64,000 bases of DNA from NCBI GenBank assembly GCA_017444485.1, contig JAFSWM010000103.1:4845-68844 (forward strand), in the 5' to 3' direction. This document shows, piece by piece, positions 1 through 10,244 of the stretch. Below the pieces are notes generated by a model that had not been told where the DNA came from, did no database searches, and saw only the letters and a program-made list of their open reading frames with translations. Source of the DNA: Bacteroidaceae bacterium. Lineage in GTDB: Bacteria; Bacteroidota; Bacteroidia; Bacteroidales; Bacteroidaceae. The position numbers and the translations under genes are program-made. Within the stretch, counting starts at the first letter, position 1; every line of letters begins with the position of its first letter.

Positions 1-2
1 GC

Positions 3-1592
3 TCACCCTTGGTCGAGGGCGTGGCGGGGATAGTCGAGGGTGTAGTGCAGTCCGCGGCTCTCGTGGCGTTCGAGGGCCTGGCGAGTGATGAGATAGCCCA
101 CGTTGATCATGTTGCGCAGTTCGCAGATGTCGCGTGTGGCCTTGACGCGCTTGAAAAGTTCCTCGGTCTCCTCGTAGAGGAGGTCCAAGCGCGTCCAAGC
201 ACGGTGCAGCCTCAGGTTGCTGCGCACGATGCCCACATAGGCCGACATGATTTGTCCCACCTCCTTGACATCCTGCGCCACCAGCACCTTCTCCTCGTTG
301 GTCATGGTGCCCTCGTCGTTCCACTCGGGCACCGCGTCGTTGAAGCCGTATTCGCCGATATGGGCCACGCTGTGCGCTGCGGCGCGGTCGGCATAGACCA
401 CGGCTTCAATCAGCGAGTTCGACGCCAGGCGGTTACCGCCGTGCAAGCCCGTGCAACTACATTCGCCGAGGGCGTAGAGACGACGTATGCTGCTCAAGCC
501 GTCGAGGTCCACCTTGATGCCGCCACAGAAATAGTGCTGACAAGGCACCACGGGGATGTAGTCGCGCGTGATGTCAATGCCTATGCTGAGACATTTCTTG
601 TAGATATTGGGGAAGTGGTGGCGTGTCTCTTCGGCATCCTTGTGCGTGACGTCGAGGCATACGTGATCCAATCCGTGTATCTTCATCTCGCGGTCGATGG
701 CACGCGCCACGATGTCGCGCGGGGCGAGCGAGAGGCGCTTGTCGTACTTGTGCATAAACTCCCCGCCGCTGGGCAGTCTGAGCACACCGCCGTAGCCACG
801 CATGGCCTCGGTGATGAGGTAGGCAGGGTGCTTCTCGGCGGGGTTGTAGAGCGCAGTGGGGTGGAACTGCACAAATTCCATATCCTGCACGGTGGCCTTG
901 GCACGATAGGCCATCGCTATGCCATCGCCAGTGGCAATCTCGGGATTCGTCGTGCTGCTATACACCGCTCCCACACCGCCCGTAGCCAGAACGGTGACGC
1001 GAGAGAGGATGGTGTCCACCTTGCCCGTGTCGGGGTCGAGGACGTACGCGCCGAAACACTCAATGTCGGGCGTGCGGCGAGTCACCTCCACTCCGAGATG
1101 GTGCTGTGTGATGATTTCCACGGCGAAGTGGCGTTCCAACACGGTGATTTTCGGCTCACGGCGCACGGCAGCCATCAGGCCGCGCTGTATCTCAAAACCC
1201 GTGTCGTCCGCATGGTGGAGGATACGAAACTCGCTGTGGCCGCCCTCGCGGTGGAGGTCGAACGAGCCATCCTCGCGTTTGTCGAAATTCACTCCCCAGG
1301 CCACCAACCTGCGGATGCCCTCAGGGGCCTGCTCCACCACCTGGCGCACGGCCTGCGGGTCGCTGATATAGTCGCCCGCCACGATCGTGTCGCGGATGTG
1401 TTTCTCAAAATCGTCCACCTCAAGGTTGGTGACGCTGGCAATGCCTCCCTGCGCCTTGGCGGTGTTAGCCTCGTCGAGAGAAGTCTTGCACACCAGGGCC
1501 ACACGCCCCTTGCCCGACGCGGCAGCCTGCAACGCGTAACTCATGCCGGCCACGCCGCCGCCGATGACGAGGAAATCAAATTTGCGTTTCAT
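3..1592 (-). CDS. nadB: L-aspartate oxidase
   Basis: 529-aa ORF. ATG at 1592 and TGA at 3-5. N-terminal FAD-binding motif DFLVIGGGVAGMSYAL. Fumarate reductase/succinate dehydrogenase flavoprotein-like core (QFHPTAL, GGNRLASNSL). Length typical of NadB. Confidence 0.9.
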   Translation of the reverse strand: MKRKFDFLVIGGGVAGMSYALQAAASGKGRVALVCKTSLDEANTAKAQGGIASVTNLEVDDFEKHIRDTIVAGDYISDPQAVRQVVEQAPEGIRRLVAWGVNFDKREDGSFDLHREGGHSEFRILHHADDTGFEIQRGLMAAVRREPKITVLERHFAVEIITQHHLGVEVTRRTPDIECFGAYVLDPDTGKVDTILSRVTVLATGGVGAVYSSTTNPEIATGDGIAMAYRAKATVQDMEFVQFHPTALYNPAEKHPAYLITEAMRGYGGVLRLPSGGEFMHKYDKRLSLAPRDIVARAIDREMKIHGLDHVCLDVTHKDAEETRHHFPNIYKKCLSIGIDITRDYIPVVPCQHYFCGGIKVDLDGLSSIRRLYALGECSCTGLHGGNRLASNSLIEAVVYADRAAAHSVAHIGEYGFNDAVPEWNDEGTMTNEEKVLVAQDVKEVGQIMSAYVGIVRSNLRLHRAWTRLDLLYEETEELFKRVKATRDICELRNMINVGYLITRQALERHESRGLHYTLDYPRHALDQG

Positions 1593-1641
1593 TGTTGATT
1601 ATAAGATTATGCCCAGCACAATACGGATGCCAGGAAGAAAT

Positions 1642-3039
1642 TTATTGTTTCTGCGCCGCCGCCCCACGGTCGGCCTCAATAAGGGCGAGCAGGCGGGGGA
1701 TGGCCTCATCGGTAGGGATGTTCATCTCCACGCACTCCTTGCCACGATAGAGGCTCACCTTGCCGCGCGCCGCGCCGACGTAGCCATAGTCGGCATCGGC
1801 CATCTCGCCCGGCCCGTTCACGATGCAGCCCATCACGGCAATCTTCAGTCCTACCAGGTGCTGGGTGGCGGCCTTCACGCGGGCGATGGTGGCGGGTAGG
1901 TCATAGAGCGTGCGCCCACACCCCGGGCAACTGATATACTCTGTGCGTGTGAACCGCACACGGGCAGCCTGCAAGATGCGATCCGCCAGGTCAGTCAGTC
2001 GGTCGGTTTCCCACCCCTCGGCCTCTATTTTGAGGTCGGTGGCACGCTTGTCGAGGAGTGCCGGAGCGGCGGCCATCGCTGCTTTGAGTTGCAGTGTTGC
2101 CCAGTCGGGGGCTACTAAGCGGAGCGTCAGCACACCGGCAGCAATCGTCGCCGCGGCGGCCAGGGCCGCGCACTCGTCGCTAAGGGCCACCAGACTCTCC
2201 GCCACAGGGATTTCCGCCTCGGGGGGCTCGCTGAGGCTGACGCGGATCGTGTCGCCGATGCCCTCCATAAGCAACGTGCCGATGCCCACAGCACTCTTGA
2301 TACGCCCGTCCTCACCCTCGCCGGCCTCTGTCACACCGAGGTGTAAGGGGAAGGTCATGCCCTCTGCCGCCATGGTCTGCACCAACAGGCGTACACTCTG
2401 CACCATCACCACGGTGTTGCTGGCTTTGATAGACACCACGATATCCGTGAACTTTTCGCGCACGGCCACGCGCAAGAACTCCATGCAACTCTCCACAATG
2501 CCGGCAGGCGTGTCGCCGTAGCGCGACATGATGCGGTCGGAAAGCGAGCCGTGGTTCACCCCGATGCGCAGGGCGGTGCCATGGCTGCGACAAATGGCGA
2601 GCAAGCGACAGAAACGCTCCTCAAGACGTTGGAGTTCTGCGGCATACTCCTCATCGGTATAGTCGATGTGCTTGAATTTGCGGGCAGGGTCCACATAGTT
2701 TCCAGGGTTGATACGCACCTTCTCGCAGACCTGTGCCGCGGCGTCGGCCACAGCAGCATTGAAATGCACGTCGGCCACAAGCGGCACGTCGCAACCCTTC
2801 TGCCGCAAGGCGGCATGAATGGCGGCAAGGCTCTCCACCTCGCGCGTGCCTTGCGTGGTGAGGCGTATGAGGTCTGCACCCGCAGCGGCACAGCGCAGAC
2901 ACTGCTCCACCGAACCCGCCACATCGTTGGTGTCGGTGGTGGTCATGGTCTGCACCCTTACAGGATTTTCGGCGCCGAGGCGAAGCGTACCGATGCGCAC
3001 CTCGTGCGAACGACGGCGAGTGACAATTCCGGCAGTCAT
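1642..3039 (-). CDS. ispG: 4-hydroxy-3-methylbut-2-enyl diphosphate synthase (GcpE)
   Basis: 465-aa ORF. N-terminal TIM-barrel region RSHEVRIGTLRLGAENPVRVQTMTTTDT. C-terminal 4Fe-4S cysteine motifs SCPGCGRT and GCIVNGPGE. Confidence 0.9.
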   Translation of the reverse strand: MTAGIVTRRRSHEVRIGTLRLGAENPVRVQTMTTTDTNDVAGSVEQCLRCAAAGADLIRLTTQGTREVESLAAIHAALRQKGCDVPLVADVHFNAAVADAAAQVCEKVRINPGNYVDPARKFKHIDYTDEEYAAELQRLEERFCRLLAICRSHGTALRIGVNHGSLSDRIMSRYGDTPAGIVESCMEFLRVAVREKFTDIVVSIKASNTVVMVQSVRLLVQTMAAEGMTFPLHLGVTEAGEGEDGRIKSAVGIGTLLMEGIGDTIRVSLSEPPEAEIPVAESLVALSDECAALAAAATIAAGVLTLRLVAPDWATLQLKAAMAAAPALLDKRATDLKIEAEGWETDRLTDLADRILQAARVRFTRTEYISCPGCGRTLYDLPATIARVKAATQHLVGLKIAVMGCIVNGPGEMADADYGYVGAARGKVSLYRGKECVEMNIPTDEAIPRLLALIEADRGAAAQKQ

Positions 3040-3042
3040 GGC

Positions 3043-3552
3043 TCAATTGGTTTTATAGGCATATTTCACGGCAGCGAGTTCGGCATTGGCCTTGACGATC
3101 TTGTCCTTCAGACTGAGTTTCTGCGTCTTCAACCTTGCGGCAACGTCGGTGTCGGCCAACGCGATGATTTGCGCAGCGAGCAACGCAGCATTTTGTGCAG
3201 CATTCACGCCCACCGTAGCCACGGGGATACCTGGCGGCATCGGCACGATAGAGAGGAGCGCGTCAAGGCCGTCGAGCATCCCTTTGATAGGCACGCCGAT
3301 GACGGGCAGGGTGGTCTGCGCGGCGATTACACCTGGCAAAGCCGCCGACATGCCCGCGGCGGCAATGATGACACGCAAGCCACGGCTGGCGGCATCGCGG
3401 GCGAAGGCCTCGACCTCGGCAGGCGTGCGGTGGGCGGACAAGGCATTCATTTCGAAGGGGATTTGCAACTCGTCGAGTTGGCGTGCCGCCTTCTCCATCA
3501 CGGGAAGGTCGGACGTGCTGCCCATAATGATACTGACAAGAGGGGGAGTCAT
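3043..3552 (-). CDS. purE: 5-(carboxyamino)imidazole ribonucleotide mutase
   Basis: Motifs SIIMGSTSDLPVM, SAHRTP and AAGMSAALPGV. Start moved to the ATG at 3552 (MTPPLVSIIMG); the 16 codons upstream in the track ORF look like read-through. Confidence 0.9.
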   Translation of the reverse strand: MTPPLVSIIMGSTSDLPVMEKAARQLDELQIPFEMNALSAHRTPAEVEAFARDAASRGLRVIIAAAGMSAALPGVIAAQTTLPVIGVPIKGMLDGLDALLSIVPMPPGIPVATVGVNAAQNAALLAAQIIALADTDVAARLKTQKLSLKDKIVKANAELAAVKYAYKTN

Positions 3553-3625
3553 AAGGATGAGATTTATGGTAGGTATTTGTAATTCATATAGGCCACACAC
3601 TGGCGGCGTCGTTCTGTCCGGCGGC

Positions 3626-4276
3626 TTAGCACCACAACGAGCAAAACAGCGCAGCAGTGAAACCGGTAGCGGCTCCGGCGGCAGTCTCGCCCAGCGTATG
3701 ACAGCGCAGTGCCACCCGAGCAGACGACACTAAGCCACAGAGCAACACGGCAAGGCATATCCAACCGGAAGCCTCAAAAGCATAGACGAGCGAAAGCCCC
3801 ATCAGTAGGCCCACAGCGCCGCCGGCACCGGCAGCATAAGCGCTGGCCTTGTAGAACACATTGACAATCCCGCACGACACAATCACGCCCCCCGCCACAT
3901 ACGGCAGGATACCAATAATATGGGGCGTTTGCAAATGTGCAAACAAATAGGCCATCGCTGCATAGGACATCAAAGTCGTGCCAAACGACAGGATGCGGCG
4001 TTGTTTGTCTGAGCGTGCGGTCGCTGCCAATCCACTGAAACGCAAACTGATGCGCGTCAGCGCCCGAGGCAACAGCACCGCAAAAAACCACACCACCCCC
4101 AACAGCATCAGCCTGAACCCGACGGGCAGATACGCCATGTGGCTCAGCGTCAGCACCAGGGCGGCGGCGTAAACCGTGAGATAGAGCGGGGAGAACAAAC
4201 CCGACACAAACCGTGCCGCCAGCAACAACAGGCGGGTGCGCGACAAGCGGCGGCGGAGGGATAGGGGGCTTGGCAT
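3626..4276 (-). CDS. Integral membrane protein, possibly a degenerate PAP2-like phosphatase fold
   Basis: 216 aa with about 6 hydrophobic segments. The C-terminal SARVALRCHTLGE resembles the PAP2 C3 motif SRx5Hx3D/E. The other PAP2 motifs are not clear. Confidence 0.35.
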   Translation of the reverse strand: MPSPLSLRRRLSRTRLLLLAARFVSGLFSPLYLTVYAAALVLTLSHMAYLPVGFRLMLLGVVWFFAVLLPRALTRISLRFSGLAATARSDKQRRILSFGTTLMSYAAMAYLFAHLQTPHIIGILPYVAGGVIVSCGIVNVFYKASAYAAGAGGAVGLLMGLSLVYAFEASGWICLAVLLCGLVSSARVALRCHTLGETAAGAATGFTAALFCSLWC

Positions 4277-4288
4277 ATCAGGATTTGA

Positions 4289-5776
4289 TCATTTTCTGAG
4301 CCTGCCAGTGGGAAGCCCCAACTGGCCGCGATACTTGGCCACGGTGCGGCGAGCAATGGCAAAGCCACGTTCGTTGAGTAACTGGGTGAGCATCTCGTCG
4401 CTATAAGGGTTGCGTTTGTCCTCGTGGTCGATGATGTCACGCAAGGCCAGTTTCACCGTGCGCGATGACACACTCTCGCCATCGCCCGTGGACATCTCGT
4501 TGGAAAAGAAGAACTTGAGGGGGTACGTCCCATAGTCTGTGCTCACGTACTTGCTGGCGGCGACCCTCGACACGGTGCTTATATCAACGCCGGCCTCCGC
4601 TGCCACGTCTTTGAGGGCCATAGGCCTAAGGAGCGTCTCATCGTCAGCACCGAGAAAGAACTCGCTCTGCCGGCGGGCAATGACTCTCATCACCGTGCGG
4701 AGCGTCTGGTTGCGGCGATTGAGGAGGTTGAGAAAACTCTGAGCAGCCTCCACCTTCTGGCGGGCATAAACGTAAGCGTCGTTCTGCTGGCGGTTTAACT
4801 GACGCGTGCGCCCGCTATAGTTTCGCACCGTTTCGCGAAAGGCAGGGCTGACACGCAACTCAGGCAGTCCGTCGTCGTTGAGCGCAATATGGATTTCGCC
4901 GTCGTCGTCCACGGAGAGATAAAAGTCGGGCGTCACAGTGGGAGCCGCTCCAGCCATGTCCTCACCGAAAGCACTGCCCGGAGCAGGGTTGAGACGGGTG
5001 AGCAGCCCTATCACCCCCTTGAAATCTTCGTCGCTGAGCCTCAGGCGGCGTTGTAGCACGTCCCAATGCTTCGACACAAAGTCCTTGAAATAGCGGCTAA
5101 TGGCGATCAGCGCTGCGGCCTTGTATGGGGACTTCAACTCGGGGGCTTCCAACTGCAACAGGAGACACTCCTGCAAAGAGCGCGCCCCGATGCCACGCGG
5201 CTCAAACGACTGAAGGATTTTCAAGAGTCGCTCCAATTCGGCCTCATCGGTGTCGGTGTCTTGATAAACAGCGAGTTCGTCGGCTATGCGCGCAAGAGAT
5301 TTGCGCAAGAGGCCATCGCTGTCGAGCGAGCCGATGAGATAGTCCATCACAGTTTGCTCGTGGGCAGAAAGAGCGTGTTCGCCCACCTGCTCCTTCAGTT
5401 CCTCATAAAAGGAGCGACCATAGGTGAGCGGTGTTTCGCGCTGCTGGAATTCAGCATCTTTGCGCTCACGAAGATAAGCGGGGACATCGTCCTCGGTGAG
5501 GTAGTCGCTCAATTCGTCGTCGTCAGCCATTCCATGATCAGAATCAGCGCCAAACATTTCATCGTCGGCATCGCCATCCCCTTCGTCGGAAATATCGTTG
5601 CTGTCAAAGTCATCATCGGCCTTCACCTCCAAGGCCGCATTGTCGAGCATCTCGTTCTCCACCCGCTCACGCAAATCCACAAGGGGCAGTTCTATCATCC
5701 GCGCCAACGCCACCTGAAGGGCCTGCGCCGTCTGCACCTGCCGCTCCTCCTGTGTCTGTGTCAGCACCTGTGGCAT
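4289..5776 (-). CDS. rpoN: RNA polymerase sigma-54 factor
   Basis: 495 aa. Gln-rich region I (QTQEERQVQTAQALQ), acidic region II (DDDFDSNDISDEGDGDADDE) and a C-terminal RpoN box ARRTVAKYRGQLGLP. Confidence 0.92.
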   Translation of the reverse strand: MPQVLTQTQEERQVQTAQALQVALARMIELPLVDLRERVENEMLDNAALEVKADDDFDSNDISDEGDGDADDEMFGADSDHGMADDDELSDYLTEDDVPAYLRERKDAEFQQRETPLTYGRSFYEELKEQVGEHALSAHEQTVMDYLIGSLDSDGLLRKSLARIADELAVYQDTDTDEAELERLLKILQSFEPRGIGARSLQECLLLQLEAPELKSPYKAAALIAISRYFKDFVSKHWDVLQRRLRLSDEDFKGVIGLLTRLNPAPGSAFGEDMAGAAPTVTPDFYLSVDDDGEIHIALNDDGLPELRVSPAFRETVRNYSGRTRQLNRQQNDAYVYARQKVEAAQSFLNLLNRRNQTLRTVMRVIARRQSEFFLGADDETLLRPMALKDVAAEAGVDISTVSRVAASKYVSTDYGTYPLKFFFSNEMSTGDGESVSSRTVKLALRDIIDHEDKRNPYSDEMLTQLLNERGFAIARRTVAKYRGQLGLPTGRLRK

Positions 5777-5892
5777 ACCTTAATAATATAATAGAAACTG
5801 CACTGCCTTTTTTGCGCAAGCAAAGGTAGTGAAAAGCAAAGGGTGCTTGTAAAAAAATGTCGCTTTTCTTTGTTTTTGTATATGCGCAACAT

Positions 5893-5900
5893 TATTTTTG
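5893..5900 (+). promoter_or_regulatory. Bacteroidota-type -7 promoter box (TATTTTTG) for the dsbD-family gene
   Basis: Matches the TAnnTTTG consensus, 28 nt upstream of the ATG at 5928. TTTG motifs lie about 15-24 nt upstream (5869-5878). Confidence 0.45.
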
Positions 5901-5927
5901 CATTTGATTTGCATACGCCGTTATCGT

Positions 5928-8045
5928 ATGAGCAGATTTTATAGAGTCTTATCATTATTTCTTTTGGCCTTCTTCACCACCGCCACCGCACAGGTGACGG
6001 GCAACGTGAAGTATAATCGGATTTCGCCAACCGAAATTGATATCGTATTCTCGCTTACACCTCAAGCGGGATGGCACATCTATTCCACCGGTTTTGCTGC
6101 CGGCGGTCCCACACGCGCCGAATTCGGCGTGGACGCCAAAAATGGCGTGGAACTGGCCGGTGGGCTGAAACCCGGACCAGGCGAGAAGACGGTGGAAGAT
6201 CCCATCTTTGAGATGCAGGTGCGCCTCTTTGAAGGCCCGTGTACGTTCACACAACGTGTACGGCTCACCGAAAAAGACTACAGCCTGCAAGGATACCTGC
6301 GCTATGGGGCTTGCAACGACATGAACTGTTTGCCGCCGCAATCGCTCTCCTGCAAAATTTCTGGATCAGACGGCCCCGCTGCGGCTGCGGCAAGCGGCAA
6401 TCAACCGCAGGCCAATCCTGCCGCGAATGAGGCCGCCGCGGCAGTGGCGAACGCGGCAACCACCCCCGATGCGGGCTTAGAGGCATTGGCCGCACTGTCA
6501 TCGCAAGCCTTGACAAGCGATGCAGATCTCACTGCAACTGATACCACCACTGCCCCTGGCGACACCATAACGGCAACTGCTGCTGCCCCCGTTTCTGCAG
6601 ACGACATAAAAGCCTGGTGGTCGCCGGTGACTGAGGAACTCAAGGCCTTCGGCGAACAGAGCGAATATGCCGATGCTTCGCTGTTTTACATCTTCCTGCT
6701 CGGTTTCCTCGGCGGTCTGCTTGCCTTGTTCACACCCTGCGTGTGGCCGATTATCCCGATGACGGTGAGTTTCTTCCTCAAACGCAGCGGCGACAGGAAA
6801 AAAGGCATACGCGATGCTATCACCTACGGGTTGGCCATCATTGTCATCTACGTGGCACTCGGCCTGCTCATCACCTTGCTCTTCGGAGCGAGCGCCTTGA
6901 ACGACTTGAGCACCAACGCTGTATTCAACATCATCTTTTTCCTGATGCTGGTGGTCTTCGCAGCCAGTTTCTTCGGTGGCTTCGAAATCACACTACCCTC
7001 TAAGTGGAGCAATGCCGTGGACAGCAAGTCGGAACAGACCACGGGATTGGTGAGCATCTTCTTGATGGCCTTCACGCTGGCGCTGGTTTCCTTCTCTTGC
7101 ACGGGCCCCATCATCGGCTTCCTCCTTGTGGAAGTGAGCACTGGCGGCGGCACAGTCCTCGCTCCAGCAATCGGTATGCTGGGCTTTGCTGTGGCTCTGG
7201 CCCTACCGTTCACCCTCTTCGCTCTCTTCCCCACCCTGCTGAAAAGTGCTCCAAAGAGCGGTGGATGGATGAACACGGTGAAGGTGACGCTGGGCTTCCT
7301 GGAACTGGCCTTCGCCCTGAAATTCCTCAGCGTAGCCGATTTGGCATATGGATGGCGCATCCTTGACCGCGAGACATTCCTCGCGCTGTGGGTTGTCATC
7401 TTCGCGCTGCTGGGCATTTACTTGCTGGGGTGGCTCAAATTCCCACACGATGACGACAACCGCCGAACCAGCGTGCCGCGCTTCTTCCTGGCTCTCTGCT
7501 CACTGGCCTTTGCCGTTTATATGATACCAGGGTTGTGGGGCGCACCCTGCAAGGCTGTGAGTGCCTTCGCACCACCCATATCCACACAGGACTTTGTGCT
7601 GGACAAAACCAATGTAGAACCCAAATTTAAGGACTACGAAGCCGGGATGCGCTATGCCAAGGAACACGGCAAGCCGGTGATGATTGACTTCACCGGTTTC
7701 GGCTGCGTGAATTGCCGAAAAATGGAAATGGCCGTTTGGCAGGACGCACAGGTGGGCCGCATGCTTACAGAAGACTACGTACTCATCTCGCTCTATGTAG
7801 ACGACAAGACTCCGCTGCCCGAGCGTGTGACCGTGAAAGAGACCGATGGCACAGAGACTACGCTCCGTACGGTGGGCGACAAGTGGAGTTACTTCCAGCG
7901 TACCAAGTTCGGAGCGAACGCCCAGCCTTTCTATGTGCTCCTCAACAACGAAGGCAAGCCGCTGAATCGTTCCTACTCCTACGACGAGGACATTGACAAA
8001 TACGTCGGCTTCCTCCGTACAGGCCTTGACAACTACAACCAATAA
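5928..8045 (+). CDS. dsbD: DsbD-family thiol:disulfide interchange protein (N-terminal domain, TM core, C-terminal thioredoxin)
   Basis: Signal peptide MSRFYRVLSLFLLAFFTTATAQ followed by an Ala/Thr-rich linker. Multi-TM core with the Cys motifs FTPCVWPIIP and SFSCTGPII. C-terminal thioredoxin fold with FTGFGCVNCRKME (CxxC). Confidence 0.85.
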   Translation: MSRFYRVLSLFLLAFFTTATAQVTGNVKYNRISPTEIDIVFSLTPQAGWHIYSTGFAAGGPTRAEFGVDAKNGVELAGGLKPGPGEKTVEDPIFEMQVRLFEGPCTFTQRVRLTEKDYSLQGYLRYGACNDMNCLPPQSLSCKISGSDGPAAAAASGNQPQANPAANEAAAAVANAATTPDAGLEALAALSSQALTSDADLTATDTTTAPGDTITATAAAPVSADDIKAWWSPVTEELKAFGEQSEYADASLFYIFLLGFLGGLLALFTPCVWPIIPMTVSFFLKRSGDRKKGIRDAITYGLAIIVIYVALGLLITLLFGASALNDLSTNAVFNIIFFLMLVVFAASFFGGFEITLPSKWSNAVDSKSEQTTGLVSIFLMAFTLALVSFSCTGPIIGFLLVEVSTGGGTVLAPAIGMLGFAVALALPFTLFALFPTLLKSAPKSGGWMNTVKVTLGFLELAFALKFLSVADLAYGWRILDRETFLALWVVIFALLGIYLLGWLKFPHDDDNRRTSVPRFFLALCSLAFAVYMIPGLWGAPCKAVSAFAPPISTQDFVLDKTNVEPKFKDYEAGMRYAKEHGKPVMIDFTGFGCVNCRKMEMAVWQDAQVGRMLTEDYVLISLYVDDKTPLPERVTVKETDGTETTLRTVGDKWSYFQRTKFGANAQPFYVLLNNEGKPLNRSYSYDEDIDKYVGFLRTGLDNYNQ

Positions 8046-8238
8046 GAAACACACATCATCGTTATTGCATAAACATCTCTATTTTATCCCCAAATGCATT
8101 CATGGTCGGCGATCGCTGTGAAGCCGCGCGCCAGCCACGTCCGTATATTTTTTAGCAGGGTCGATACACCCGAATGGCTCCGGCAAGACTGTGAAGTACC
8201 CGCCAAAAGTCAGCGATACGGATGACTATCTCACATTT

Positions 8239-8281
8239 CCGCCTGCGCAGTTCGTGAGAACATCCGCAGGCGGTGTTTTTT
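8239..8281 (+). terminator. Rho-independent terminator
   Basis: 9-bp GC-rich stem CCGCCTGCG (8239-8247) / CGCAGGCGG (8265-8273), followed by TGTTTTTTC. It lies 194 nt after the dsbD stop and just before the mnmA promoter box. Confidence 0.6.
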
Positions 8282-8306
8282 CTTTGCCACCCCACCCTTT
8301 TTTGAG

Positions 8307-8314
8307 TACCTTTG
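8307..8314 (+). promoter_or_regulatory. -7 promoter box (TACCTTTG) for mnmA; implies a near-leaderless mRNA
   Basis: TAnnTTTG match ending 8 nt before the ATG at 8323. Confidence 0.35.
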
Positions 8315-8322
8315 CCGCCGTT

Positions 8323-9444
8323 ATGACAGAAGACCTCACAGGAAAGCGCGTGTGTGTGCTGCTATCGGGCGGCGTGGACAGCGCCGTGGTGACACACCTG
8401 CTCTGCGAAGCGGGCTATCGTCCCGATCTATTCTACATACGCATCGGCATGGACGACGGACAGTTTGCCTGCACCGCCGAGGAAGATATTGAGATGTGCC
8501 AAGCCATTAGTAGGAAGTATGCTCTGCCGCTTGAGGTGGTGGACTTGCAGCAGGAATACTGGGATCGCGTGGTGGGATATACCATTGACCGCGTGAAGCG
8601 TGGCCTCACACCCAATCCCGACGTGATGTGCAACCGGCTGATCAAGTTCGGGGCCTTCGAGCAAAAGGCTGGCCATGCCTACGACCGCATCGCCACAGGA
8701 CACTATGCCACCATCATCGCTGACGGACAAGGGGCGCCATCAGAGGAGTTCGGCAAGGGGCGCTGGCTCGGCACGGCGGAAGATCCCGTGAAGGACCAGA
8801 CCGATTTCCTGGCGCAGATTGACACGCTGCAACTTGCAAAACTTGTGCTGCCACTCGGTCCTCTCCCCAAGGAAGTGGTGCGCCGCATTGCCGAAACGCA
8901 ACGGCTCGCTCCAGCCAAGCGCAAGGACAGCCAGGGCATCTGTTTTCTCGGAAAGATTGACTACAACGACTTTGTCAAGCGTTTCCTCGGCGAGCGCGAG
9001 GGTGATGTCATTGACATAGAAACTGGACGGAAAATAGGCACTCACCGAGGCTATTGGTTCCACACCATTGGGCAACGCAAGGGGCTCGGACTGGGCGGCG
9101 GCCCTTGGTTTGTGGTGAAAAAGGACATCGCCGAGAACACGCTCTATGTGTCGCACGGCTACGACACTCGCTTACAATACGGTCGCCATTTCTGTCTCAG
9201 CGATTTCCACTACATCTCTGCCGATCCCTGGAAGGGCAGGGAGCATGTGCCAGTTTGTTTCAAAATTCGCCACACCGACCATTTTGCTGCCGCCACGCTC
9301 ACCCGAATGGCCGATGGCATACTCAGCATCACCTCAGAGAGCAACATTCAGGGCATCGCCCCAGGTCAGTTCGGCGTTATCTACGACCGCACCTGCACTG
9401 TCTGTGTGGGAAGCGGCGAGATAGCCCCTGCTTCCCCCTGCTGA
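8323..9444 (+). CDS. mnmA: tRNA 2-thiouridine(34) synthase
   Basis: PP-loop motif [13 protein letters not shown], then [17 protein letters not shown] and a C-terminal barrel. Start set at the ATG at 8323 ([10 protein letters not shown]). The track ORF begins at an upstream GTG that would include the terminator hairpin. Confidence 0.9.
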   Translation: MTEDLTGKRVCVLLSGGVDSAVVTHLLCEAGYRPDLFYIRIGMDDGQFACTAEEDIEMCQAISRKYALPLEVVDLQQEYWDRVVGYTIDRVKRGLTPNPDVMCNRLIKFGAFEQKAGHAYDRIATGHYATIIADGQGAPSEEFGKGRWLGTAEDPVKDQTDFLAQIDTLQLAKLVLPLGPLPKEVVRRIAETQRLAPAKRKDSQGICFLGKIDYNDFVKRFLGEREGDVIDIETGRKIGTHRGYWFHTIGQRKGLGLGGGPWFVVKKDIAENTLYVSHGYDTRLQYGRHFCLSDFHYISADPWKGREHVPVCFKIRHTDHFAAATLTRMADGILSITSESNIQGIAPGQFGVIYDRTCTVCVGSGEIAPASPC

Positions 9445-9448
9445 GAAC

Positions 9449-10147
9449 CTATTCCCAGAATCCGCGCATCCATACTCTGACGTTTTGCATCTCGCGGATT
9501 ATTTTGCGCTGCCTTTGTTGCATATATCGCGACGGGTGGGCACTGTCAAACTTGCGCGGATTGGGCAAAGTGGCTGCTATCAGCGCGCTTTGGCTCTCGG
9601 TGAGCCGTGAGGCCGGCACTCCGAAATTCGCCTGCGCCACAGCCTCCGCACCATATATGCCGTCGCCCATCTCAATGGAGTTGAGATACACTTCAAGTAT
9701 TCGTTGTTTTGACCACAAAGCCTCTATGAGCACCGTGAAATAGGCTTCTAATCCTTTGCGAAGCCAAGTGCTGCTTGGCCAAAGGAACACGTTCTTCGCT
9801 GTTTGCTGAGAGATGGTGCTCCCTCCACGGCGGCGCCCGCCTGCTTCGGCTTCATGAGCCGCCTGTTCGATGGCTTTCATGTCGAAGCCATGGTGCTTGA
9901 GGAAGTTTTGGTCCTCGCTCGCCACAACAGCGATGGCCAACTGCGGGGATATCTTCTCCATTGGTTTCCATTCATGGTGGAAACGCGCCTGCTCCCCCGT
10001 GCGTACCTGCTCCACACAGCGTATCACCATCAATGGGGTCAGCCCCACAGGCAATATGCGGTAGGCCAGCACAGCCAGCACGCTGCTCCCGAAGAAGAAG
10101 ATCAGCAGCCAAAACAAAACCTTACGCAACAGGCGAAGAGCCTTCAT
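9449..10147 (-). CDS. mtgA: Monofunctional biosynthetic peptidoglycan transglycosylase
   Basis: N-terminal TM anchor. GT51 motifs VVASEDQNFLKHHGFD and GGSTISQQTAKN. 232 aa. Confidence 0.88.
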   Translation of the reverse strand: MKALRLLRKVLFWLLIFFFGSSVLAVLAYRILPVGLTPLMVIRCVEQVRTGEQARFHHEWKPMEKISPQLAIAVVASEDQNFLKHHGFDMKAIEQAAHEAEAGGRRRGGSTISQQTAKNVFLWPSSTWLRKGLEAYFTVLIEALWSKQRILEVYLNSIEMGDGIYGAEAVAQANFGVPASRLTESQSALIAATLPNPRKFDSAHPSRYMQQRQRKIIREMQNVRVWMRGFWE

Positions 10148-10244
10148 GATCGAGAAAGCAAGGGTAATAAAAGGCGCAAAGAAACAACGAAGCCTGTCTC
10201 CGAGTCACTTTGCGCCTAGATGGTTTGTTGTCACACCCGCCAGA

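Noticed and set aside
9-1598. 529-aa plus-strand ORF that exactly mirrors nadB.
   Set aside because: Its composition (Val/Ala/Gly/His/Asp/Arg-rich, no motifs) is typical of the antisense frame of a GC-rich gene, whereas the minus-strand product is an unmistakable NadB.
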